From contig JAYOYH010000023.1 in NCBI GenBank assembly GCA_038153405.1, positions 1 to 16,881 of the forward strand: DNA of 16,881 nucleotides, read 5' to 3'. This DNA comes from Gemmatimonadota bacterium. Lineage in GTDB: Bacteria > Latescibacterota > UBA2968 > UBA8231. Shown in pieces: positions 7,535 to 15,054 of the stretch. Both the position numbers and the translations under genes were made by a program. Positions within the stretch are counted from its first letter, which is position 1. Each line of letters begins with the position of its first letter. A model generated the notes under the pieces. That model was not told the origin of the DNA and did not search any database. It was given only the letters and a program-made list of their open reading frames with translations.

Positions 7535-8877
7535 GTGGAGCACTGGCCGAGCGCGATGCGCAGGGAAAGCCCATTCGCGTTGGCATTATCGGCACGGGTA
7601 AGTTTGGCGGTGGACTGGTTGCGCAGATTGCGCGCATGCGCGGCATGGAAGTGGTGGCGATCGCCGATATCAAAATTGACAATGCGCGCTATGCCTATGA
7701 GATGAGCTATGGCGCGGAAGACATCGTCGCCGTCGATAGCGTGCAGGCGCTGAGTAAAGCAGCGTTGGCCGGCAAGCGCGCCGTGCTGGAAGACGGCCAA
7801 CTGCTGGCGGCGGCCGATGGCATTGACGTCGTGGTCGAAGCGACGGGGCGAACGGAAGTCGGCGCGCGCATGGCCGCTGCTATACTGGAAGGCGGTAAGC
7901 ATTTGGTCATGGTCAATGTCGAAACCGATGTGACGATCGGTGCGCTGCTCCGGCACAAGGCCGACAGCGCCGGCGTGGTCTACTCGCTGGTCGATGGCGA
8001 CCAGCCCGGTGTGACGATGAATATCATCGACTGGGCATGGGCGCTGGGCTTTGAGGTGGTGGCCGCCGGTCGCGGCACCATGCTCTTTGCCGATGATCCG
8101 GCCGGCACCCCCGACAATGCGGCCGAGCGCTACGGCTTTGACGAAGAGACCATCGCGCGGCGACGCATCAATCTAAAAATGTATAACTCGTTCCGCGATG
8201 GCACCAAGGCGCAGGTCGAGGCGACGGCCATCGCCAATATGGCCGGCTTGGTGCCCGACGTGCGCGGCATGCACGAGCCCTCGTGTAATTTGGCCGATAT
8301 TCCGCGTCTGTGCGCTCTGCGCGAAGAGGGCGGTCTGCTCTCGCAGCACGGAGTGATCGAATTGGCCAACAGCGTAGCGCAAGACGGTCAGACGGTCTTA
8401 GGCGATCCGCTCAATATGGGCGTCTTTGTCGTCGTGCGCACCGACCATCCGTTTATTCGCGAAGATCTAGGCACCTACTTTCTGCACGGAGGCGGCGACG
8501 GGAAAAACTTTTTGCTCTATAGGCCCTATCACCTAGTTGCCGTCGAAGCGCCCATTACCATCGCCCGGGCCGCCCTCTACGGGCAGCCGACCGGTGCGCC
8601 GCGTCCCGTGCCTTCGGCCGACGTAGTGGCTACGGCCAAGCGCGCCCTGCGCGCTGGAGAAGTCCTCGATGGGGGCGGGGGGTATACGGTTATAGGGCAG
8701 AGCGAAAAGGCGACGGTGGCCCGCGACCAGGGGCTGCTGCCGCTGGGCCTGAGCGAGGACGCCGTGCTCAAGTGCGATGTGGCTGCGGGGGTGACGCTGA
8801 CCTATGCCGACGTCGAGCTGAAGGAAGACTCGCTCGTCCTGCAGCTGCGCCGCGAGCAGGATGCGCTGGTGTGGTAA
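7528..8877 (+). CDS. NAD(P)-dependent oxidoreductase, homoserine-dehydrogenase-like with C-terminal SAF domain (COG4091)
   Basis: 449 aa. Rossmann IRVGIIGTGKFG, VVVEATG, KHLVMVNVETDVTIG, GDQPG, SFRDGTK, LYRPYHL, and SAF-domain VATAKRALRAGEVLDGGGGY...LPLGL. Overlaps the upstream gene by 7 bp (ATGTTGA). Confidence 0.87.
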   Translation: MLSGALAERDAQGKPIRVGIIGTGKFGGGLVAQIARMRGMEVVAIADIKIDNARYAYEMSYGAEDIVAVDSVQALSKAALAGKRAVLEDGQLLAAADGIDVVVEATGRTEVGARMAAAILEGGKHLVMVNVETDVTIGALLRHKADSAGVVYSLVDGDQPGVTMNIIDWAWALGFEVVAAGRGTMLFADDPAGTPDNAAERYGFDEETIARRRINLKMYNSFRDGTKAQVEATAIANMAGLVPDVRGMHEPSCNLADIPRLCALREEGGLLSQHGVIELANSVAQDGQTVLGDPLNMGVFVVVRTDHPFIREDLGTYFLHGGGDGKNFLLYRPYHLVAVEAPITIARAALYGQPTGAPRPVPSADVVATAKRALRAGEVLDGGGGYTVIGQSEKATVARDQGLLPLGLSEDAVLKCDVAAGVTLTYADVELKEDSLVLQLRREQDALVW

Positions 8878-8944
8878 TGTCTCGTGCGATGGATATGCAC
8901 ACCGACGCGCTGACGAGTGCGCAGAGGGCTTCTCGGAGTAGGCT

Positions 8945-10288
8945 ATGATTGATTGGCTAGCTGTGCGCGACGAAGTAACGCAGCATCTGCAGGCTCTCAT
9001 TCGCATCGATACGACGAATCCGCCCGGCAACGAGACGGCGGCGGCACGCTATATAGAGGGCGTGTTGGCGCGCGAAGGGCTGCCTACGGTCTTTGTCGAA
9101 TCCGAACCGGGTCGCGGCAACGTGCTGTCTACGCTCGAAGGGGATGGCGGCGATCCACTCATGCTGCTTGGACATACCGACGTGGTGGCCGTCGAACCCG
9201 AGCACTGGACGCATCCCCCATTTTCTGGGGCGCTGGTCGACGGCTATGTGTGGGGGCGCGGAGCGCTGGATATGAAGAATATGGTCGCGGCTGAACTCAT
9301 GGTTTTTTTGCTGTTGAAGCGCGAGGGGTTTGCGCTGCGGCGCGACGTGATTTTTGCCGCCACCGCCGATGAGGAGGCCGGCAAGGGTAACCACGGTCCG
9401 GGATGGATTATCGATAATCGCCCCGAACTGTGGCGGGCGCGCTATATCATTACGGAGGGCGGCGGCCACGATCTGTCGATAGGCGGTCGGCGTTTCTACA
9501 CGATTCAAACGGGGCAGAAGGGCCTGTGTCGCCTGCGCCTGATTGCGCGCGGCACGCCGGGACACGGCTCAATGCCGCACGGCGATAACGCGATCGTCAA
9601 ATTGGCCAAGGCCGTAGCGGGTCTGCAGGGTGTCGACCTGCCCATGCATATTTCGCAGAGCGTGTGCCGCATGGTCGAAGAGATTGCGCGCTCCCTGCCC
9701 GATAGCGAAGCAGCTGTTTGGCTGGCCTTGCTCGACAAGGAGACGAGTGCCGAGGCTCTGGCCGCCCTGCCCATCGACGAAGAGTTTCGCCGCGAATTGG
9801 GTGCCATGCTGCGCAATACGGCTTCGCTGACTATGCTAGGCGCCGGCAGCAAGATCAACGTCATTCCCGGCGAGGCGACGGCGTGGGTCGACGGACGGCT
9901 GGCACCGGGGCAAAGCCAGGAAAGCTTTGTCGAGGAACTGCGCGCTTTTATCGGCGACCAGGTCGATGTCGTGGTGGATCAGTATACGCCGCCGCTGGAA
10001 GCCGACGCCGACTCGCCGCTCTACGCGGCTATTGCCACCGTCATGCAGTCGGGCGACGAGGGAGTGGGCCTGCTGCCCTATCTGCTGCCGGCCGGCACCG
10101 ACGCCAAGCACATCGTCCCGCGGCGTCCCGAGACGCAGATCTACGGCTTTATGCCCTACAGACAGAAGGCTGGCGAAGAGGAGATGAAGCTCATTCACGG
10201 ACACGACGAGCGCACTTCGGTAGAGGAACTGCTCTTTGCAACAAAGAAGCTGTATGAGATCGTCTGCCGCTTTGCCGGCGTTCAGTAG
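8945..10288 (+). CDS. M20/M25/M40 family metallo-amidohydrolase (ArgE/DapE/Acy1-like)
   Basis: 447 aa. IDTTNPPGNE, GHTDVV, GRGALDMK, ADEEAG, GHGSMP, KINVIPGEA, GTDAK, IHGHDER; metal-ligand motifs present. GGAG RBS upstream. Confidence 0.92.
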   Translation: MIDWLAVRDEVTQHLQALIRIDTTNPPGNETAAARYIEGVLAREGLPTVFVESEPGRGNVLSTLEGDGGDPLMLLGHTDVVAVEPEHWTHPPFSGALVDGYVWGRGALDMKNMVAAELMVFLLLKREGFALRRDVIFAATADEEAGKGNHGPGWIIDNRPELWRARYIITEGGGHDLSIGGRRFYTIQTGQKGLCRLRLIARGTPGHGSMPHGDNAIVKLAKAVAGLQGVDLPMHISQSVCRMVEEIARSLPDSEAAVWLALLDKETSAEALAALPIDEEFRRELGAMLRNTASLTMLGAGSKINVIPGEATAWVDGRLAPGQSQESFVEELRAFIGDQVDVVVDQYTPPLEADADSPLYAAIATVMQSGDEGVGLLPYLLPAGTDAKHIVPRRPETQIYGFMPYRQKAGEEEMKLIHGHDERTSVEELLFATKKLYEIVCRFAGVQ

Positions 10289-10308
10289 GACGGTAAAAAA
10301 GGATATCT

Positions 10309-11385
10309 ATGGGTGCTATTCGCTTTGGTGTAGTGGGTGCTGGTTGGCGCGCGGAGTTTTTTACTCGCATCGCAGCGGCCGCTTCCGATGTATTTGACGT
10401 GCCGCCGGTCGTTGCGCGACGTCCGGAAAAAGCCGCGCTCTTTGCCCGCACGTGGCACTGCCCCATATACGGCAGTATGGACGATATGCTGAAGAGGGAA
10501 TCCCTCGATTTTGTCGTCACGTCGCTGCCGTGGGCGACCAACCCGGAGTTGATTAAGCTGCTGGTGGAGCGCGGCGTGCCCGTGCTGTCGGAGACGCCGC
10601 CGGCGCCCGATGTGCCGGCGCTGATCGATTTATGGGAGTTCGTCGAGGAAAAGGGCGGCCAGGTCTGCGTGGCCGAGCAGTACTTTTTGCAGCCTTACTA
10701 TGCGGCGCTGCGGGCGATTATTGCCGCCGGCACATTGGGCACCGTCACGCAGGCGCAGGTCTCGGCGGCGCACGGCTATCACGGCATGAGCCTGATGCGC
10801 AAACTGCTCGGCATCGGCTATGAGGATGCGGCGATTGAGGCGCGCGCCTTTACGGCGCCGCTAGTGCAGGGACCGGGGCGCAACGGACCACCTGCGGTCG
10901 AAGAAATTAGGGACTGTACGCAGACCTTCTACTGGTTAGACTTCGACGGCAAGCTGGGCTTTATGGACTTCTGCGGCGAGCAGTATTTCAACTGGGTGCG
11001 CAACAACCGCGTGCTGGTGCGCGGCGAGCGCGGCGAAGTGGTCAACGACCGGGTGTCCATCTTGAAGGATTACCGCACGCCGCTCTACTTAGACCTGCTG
11101 CGCCACGTCGCCGGCGGGCCGGGCAACTTGGAAGGCAATCACCTCAAGGGCATTCAGTTGGGCGGCGAATGGGTGTATGAAAACCCGCTGGCGCCGGCCA
11201 GCTTGAGCGACGACGAAATTGCCATTGGTCATCTGCTGCTGGGTATGGCCGCCTATGTCGGGGGTGGCGAGCCACCCTATCCGCTGGCCGAAGCGTGCCA
11301 AGATCACTACCTGAGTATAACCTGTGCTCAGGCCCTTAAAGAGGGGCGATCGCTGCGCACGAAGCGGCAGCCGTGGGCCGTATAG
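10309..11385 (+). CDS. Gfo/Idh/MocA family oxidoreductase
   Basis: 358 aa. FGVVGAGWRA Rossmann motif, LDFVVTS, GVPVLSETP (at the usual EKP position), GTLGTV, HGYHGMSL. AGGA RBS upstream. Confidence 0.85.
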   Translation: MGAIRFGVVGAGWRAEFFTRIAAAASDVFDVPPVVARRPEKAALFARTWHCPIYGSMDDMLKRESLDFVVTSLPWATNPELIKLLVERGVPVLSETPPAPDVPALIDLWEFVEEKGGQVCVAEQYFLQPYYAALRAIIAAGTLGTVTQAQVSAAHGYHGMSLMRKLLGIGYEDAAIEARAFTAPLVQGPGRNGPPAVEEIRDCTQTFYWLDFDGKLGFMDFCGEQYFNWVRNNRVLVRGERGEVVNDRVSILKDYRTPLYLDLLRHVAGGPGNLEGNHLKGIQLGGEWVYENPLAPASLSDDEIAIGHLLLGMAAYVGGGEPPYPLAEACQDHYLSITCAQALKEGRSLRTKRQPWAV

Positions 11386-11395
11386 GGCCCACGGC
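11370..11395. terminator. Strong hairpin at the end of the operon, between convergent genes
   Basis: GCCGTGGGCC-gtatag-GGCCCACGGC perfect 10-bp stem with the Gfo TAG stop in the loop. No clean U-tract follows, so a terminator role is uncertain. Confidence 0.4.
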
Positions 11396-11466
11396 CGTTG
11401 CGCCGTTTGCTGCGGTAGCCTCGCGGCAAGATTATGGGCAGGGCGCCCCGTTTTATTGGTGGTGCC

Positions 11467-12135
11467 TCATGCGCGCGCCTGATATTCGGCGCGGATGCGC
11501 TCGGCCTCGCGCGGCGGCAGCGGAAAAACCCAGCCGCGGTTTTGAATAATGGCCCTGGACAGGTCTGGGGGAATGGCGACGATGAGCTCGGGTTCGATGG
11601 AGAAGCGACCGGTAAAGCCGCCGATTGCGCTGCGCGCGTGCACGCCCGAGTAGCTGCTGTCTTCGCCGTCGACGGCAAAGGCGCCGGCGCCGCCGCCAAA
11701 GACCGACTGCCAGCGGCTGGAAAAGCCGTTCATAACGGAGGGCGCGCCGTGAAAAGCGACGTCGGTCGACACGACCATGCCAAGCCCTTTGACGGTGTAG
11801 AGCACGTCGTTTAAATCGCCGCCTTCGCCGCCGCAAACCAGCGCCCAGTGCAGGCGACCGATCATTGAATCGGCGATAAACTGAGCGGCATCCTGCCCTT
11901 CCTTAATGCGTTCGGGGTCGTCGTACATCTGACCGGGGCCGTAGCCGTAGCCGGACAAGTACACCAGGCCCGACTCGTGAAAGATGACCGAGCAGATATT
12001 GGCGCCCTTGAGGTTGCGGCTCATCCACCCGTCAAAGGAGCCCAAGTCGAGGTCGAGTTGTTCGATGCGCTCGTAGACGTCGAAATTGCGTCTGAGGTGC
12101 TGTGGAACGATGGAGTTCTCGTAAAAATGGCCCAT
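11467..12135 (-). CDS. Rid (YjgF/YER057c/UK114) superfamily-like protein, Atu1372-type, with N- and C-terminal extensions
   Basis: 222 aa from ATG 12135 (AAAAGGAG RBS). LVYLSG, VKGLGMV, VMNGFS...VFG, HARSAIG and SIEPE match the pattern I recall for this Rid branch (VKxxGFV...VxNGAS...VFG...HARSAVG...VEIE). Confidence 0.7.
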   Translation of the reverse strand: MGHFYENSIVPQHLRRNFDVYERIEQLDLDLGSFDGWMSRNLKGANICSVIFHESGLVYLSGYGYGPGQMYDDPERIKEGQDAAQFIADSMIGRLHWALVCGGEGGDLNDVLYTVKGLGMVVSTDVAFHGAPSVMNGFSSRWQSVFGGGAGAFAVDGEDSSYSGVHARSAIGGFTGRFSIEPELIVAIPPDLSRAIIQNRGWVFPLPPREAERIRAEYQARA

Positions 12136-12181
12136 GTGCAGTCTCCTTTTCGTGCGCAACTGTGCGTTGCATGAACGCTTG

Positions 12182-12210
12182 AGTATTGCACGGTAGACAG
12201 GCTGTGTCAA
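12182..12210 (-). promoter_or_regulatory. Putative sigma70 promoter of the Rid-like gene
   Basis: Minus strand reads perfect TTGACA (12210-12205), 17-nt spacer ending TGC (extended -10 TGn), AATACT (12187-12182). The ORF-track TTG start at 12210 is this -35 box. Confidence 0.65.
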
Positions 12211-12216
12211 ACCCTC

Positions 12217-12245
12217 TGGACCACGGTCGGCGGTAGGGTTATTTT
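12217..12245 (+). promoter_or_regulatory. Putative sigma70 promoter of the SGNH hydrolase gene
   Basis: TGGACC (12217-12222), 17-nt spacer, TATTTT (12240-12245). It sits back-to-back with the minus-strand promoter. Confidence 0.4.
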
Positions 12246-12286
12246 CCGACCGTTGCGCACACTTTTAACGCGGAGAAAGGGAATCG

Positions 12287-12931
12287 ATGAGCTCTTTTTG
12301 GGTAGAAGATGGTCAGACGCTGCTATTTATCGGCGACAGCATAACCGACTGCGGTCGGCGCGGGGCAGAGATGCCGTTGGGCAGCGGCTATGTGCGCTTG
12401 TTCACCGAGTTGGCTACGGCGCGCTTTCCCCAGCGCGATATTCGCTATATCAACAAGGGCATCGGCGGCCATCGCGTGACGCACCTTAAGGATCGCTGGC
12501 GCGATGACGTGATCTACCACAAGCCGGATCGCCTGTCGGTCAAGATTGGCATCAACGATTTGCACAGCCATTTGCGCGGTGCCGAAGACGGGGTTTCGCC
12601 GGAGTTATTCGCCAGCGTCTACGACGAAATTCTGGGCTGGACGCGCGACGAGTTGGGCTGTCCGCTGGTGCTGATAACGCCCTTCTATATTTCGACGGAT
12701 CAGTCGGGCCACACCTTTCGCTCGCAGGTCTTGGAGCTGTTGCCGCGCTACATAGAAACAGTGGAACAGATGGCGGATAAATACGGTGCGATCTTGGTCA
12801 ACTTACACGATATATTTCAGGAGCATTTGCAGTACCGCGATGCCGATACATTCTGTCCGGAGCCGGTCCATCCCAACCACGCCGGCCATATCGTCATTGC
12901 CGAGGCACTGATGCAGGCGCTTGCTCGTTAG
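12287..12931 (+). CDS. SGNH/GDSL hydrolase (esterase/deacetylase)
   Basis: 214 aa. Block I FIGDSIT, block II NKGIGG, block III IGIND, block V EPVHPN (ExxH). Purine-rich RBS (GGAGAAAGGG). Confidence 0.92.
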   Translation: MSSFWVEDGQTLLFIGDSITDCGRRGAEMPLGSGYVRLFTELATARFPQRDIRYINKGIGGHRVTHLKDRWRDDVIYHKPDRLSVKIGINDLHSHLRGAEDGVSPELFASVYDEILGWTRDELGCPLVLITPFYISTDQSGHTFRSQVLELLPRYIETVEQMADKYGAILVNLHDIFQEHLQYRDADTFCPEPVHPNHAGHIVIAEALMQALAR

Positions 12932-15017
12932 CTTCCAGTGTCGCTAGCAGCTGCCGAGCATCCGGATAGTCGGGTTGGACGGCGATCGCCTGTTTGCACC
13001 GCCGCCGCGCTTCGGCGATGTCGCCCTCTGCGTAGTAGGCTATGAGGGCTAGCTTGTAGTGGCACTGGGCGTCCTTGTCGCCGCCCAGTGCAAGGGCCTG
13101 CTGCAGGAACGCTTTGCCTGCCTGCGGCTCGTCGCTGCCGCCCAGCAGCGATCCGCGCACGTAGTTGGCAAAATAGGAGCGCGGGGTGAGGCTTGCGGCG
13201 ATATGCGATAGATGCAGGGCGCGCTCGAGATCTTGTTCGTTCAAGAGCTCGAGCAGCGCCAGATAGGCGTAGGCCCAGGACGTATAGGGATCGATTGAGG
13301 CGGCGCGTTCCAAGAAGGGACGCGCCGCTTGGTGTTCTTGGTTCGCATAATGTGCTATGCCAATGCGTAGATGGGGCTCCTCGAAGTCTGCCGGCCCTGT
13401 TTCTATGGCGCGTTGGTGATGGGGTATAGCGGCCAGTCCTTTGGCGTTGAGACCGGCGATATAGTGTTCGACAAAGGGGGGATCCGGATATACTGCGTCG
13501 CGGGTGTCGGTGGGCGCGTCGGGTTTTCGCACGAAGACCGGCACTCTATCGGAGCAAAAGGAAGTGTAGTAGTCGCGGCGAAAGCGCTCGTGCAAGAAGA
13601 GCGTTTTTTCCGCTAGGGTCTGCGGCTTTAGGCCGGTGATAAAGCAAATCATATCGGGTTGGCGGTCCAGCACGTAGGGCGCGTTCTGTTGACGCAAAAT
13701 AGAGGGCGATTGCAGGCCCGCTACGCGTGCGGGATGGCGAGCTATCGTCGAATCGGTGAGGCCGATCAGGTCAATTACGCGCGCTTGGGTCAGGTATTTG
13801 GTAATGCCGATGGCGCCGGTAGCTATTAGCGGAGTCGCATGGGGCGAGCTGTTGATGCAGTCGGCCAGTTCAAATAGGCGCGCGTTGTGCGCCTGCATGG
13901 ACAACTGGGCGTATTCCAGCCCGTCGCGCGGCGCCAGCGCGCTGTAGAGTGCAACGGCGGTCAGGGTAGCCAGCGGTAGGGCTGGAGTCAGGCGCGCCGG
14001 TAGCGTTCTGGCCATGACGTGCAGCGCGTCCTGGGCGCTCAGGTAGATAAGCGGTAGGATGGGTAGGTAAAAGCGGTGGGCATCGAGTACGTCGCCGCCG
14101 ATGAGGGTCGTGTAGAGCACACACGATGTGATGAGTAGGGCGCGGTACGATCGCCAGTCCCGCTGCTTAGGGTGGATCAGCAGGAGTAGGGGAACGGCTA
14201 GTAGAAGCCCATAGATGCCGTACGATTTCAGGAAGCCCTGGGTATACTGCCAGCCGTAGTGTAGCAGAACATCGCGCGCGCCGGTCTTGGCATAGAGGGT
14301 GTTGGGCAGTAGATGGCCGTAATAGAGCAGGCGAAAAGCAGAATGGGCGGCGAAGGTCAGCAGAGCGGGAGCACCCCAGCGCAGGGCGTCGCGCAGATCA
14401 AAGCGGCTTTCGTGCAAATGACATATGCTGCGGTGCACGAGCGTTAGGCCAAAAAAGAAGAAACCCTCTGGGCGGGTGAGCCCAGCCAGCGCGAAGAGCC
14501 AGGCGGTAGAGCGGCTTTGCTCGCCGCTTAGCTCGCGCGCGTACCCGCATGCGCCAGCCGTGATCAGCAAAGCGAAGAGCGCCGTTTCCATGCCGCTGGT
14601 CGTCCAGAAGGCCATGGCGCCGCAGGAGGCCAATAGTATGGGCGGCACTAGCGCATAGGGCCAGGGCGTGACGGGCTGCTGGCGCTGTGCCATGTGCGCC
14701 AGCAGGGCAAAGAGTAGGCCGGCACAGAGCGCGCTGAGCGCGCGCGCCGCCGTTAGTGCGTCGATGTCCAGCAGGTGGGGAACGGCCAGGACCAGCGTCC
14801 ACAGGAAGTTGGTATAGCCCTCTACGCGCTCGCCTGGATTGAAGACCAGGCCTTCGCCGGCCGCTAGGTGCTTGGCGTAGACCAGCGTGATGTAGGCGTC
14901 GTCCTGCACGGTGTCATAGCGCAGGGCCTGCCAAGTGAACGCGGCCAAACAGCCTAAAAGGACGAGGGCGGTTATTCGCCGGGCCTGTGCGGGATTTAAA
15001 TCAGCGCTGTGCGGCAT
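12894..15017 (-). CDS. Polytopic membrane glycosyltransferase-like protein (GT-C fold, AftB/PMT-like) with C-terminal TPR-like repeats
   Basis: 707 aa from ATG 15017. After TM1: DDAYITLVYAKHLAAGEGLVFNPGERVEGYTNFLW; then SGMETAL, LTRPEG, YYGHLLPNT, GGD...RFYLP and many hydrophobic helices, a soluble IDLIGLTD domain, and helical repeats (AASIDPY, QAIAVQPDYPDA). The start is uncertain because the RBS is weak. Confidence 0.72.
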   Translation of the reverse strand: MPHSADLNPAQARRITALVLLGCLAAFTWQALRYDTVQDDAYITLVYAKHLAAGEGLVFNPGERVEGYTNFLWTLVLAVPHLLDIDALTAARALSALCAGLLFALLAHMAQRQQPVTPWPYALVPPILLASCGAMAFWTTSGMETALFALLITAGACGYARELSGEQSRSTAWLFALAGLTRPEGFFFFGLTLVHRSICHLHESRFDLRDALRWGAPALLTFAAHSAFRLLYYGHLLPNTLYAKTGARDVLLHYGWQYTQGFLKSYGIYGLLLAVPLLLLIHPKQRDWRSYRALLITSCVLYTTLIGGDVLDAHRFYLPILPLIYLSAQDALHVMARTLPARLTPALPLATLTAVALYSALAPRDGLEYAQLSMQAHNARLFELADCINSSPHATPLIATGAIGITKYLTQARVIDLIGLTDSTIARHPARVAGLQSPSILRQQNAPYVLDRQPDMICFITGLKPQTLAEKTLFLHERFRRDYYTSFCSDRVPVFVRKPDAPTDTRDAVYPDPPFVEHYIAGLNAKGLAAIPHHQRAIETGPADFEEPHLRIGIAHYANQEHQAARPFLERAASIDPYTSWAYAYLALLELLNEQDLERALHLSHIAASLTPRSYFANYVRGSLLGGSDEPQAGKAFLQQALALGGDKDAQCHYKLALIAYYAEGDIAEARRRCKQAIAVQPDYPDARQLLATLEANEQAPASVPRQ

Positions 15018-15054
15018 AGGAGTGGGCCGAGCTAAGGGCGCGGTGCGCGCCGGC

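Noticed and set aside
11383..11420. Stop-codon readthrough or pyrrolysine recoding at the hairpin-embedded TAG
   Set aside because: The protein appears complete at this TAG, another in-frame TAG follows after 10 codons, and no pyl genes are in view.
12136..12210. ORF-track extension of the Rid-like gene (TTG start at 12210)
   Set aside because: The TTG belongs to the TTGACA -35 box, and ATG 12135 has a strong AGGAG RBS.
12858..12878. SGNH catalytic motif ExxH (EPVHPN) instead of DxxH
   Set aside because: A conservative acid substitution with Ser, Gly, Asn and His all intact; not evidence of novelty or inactivation.
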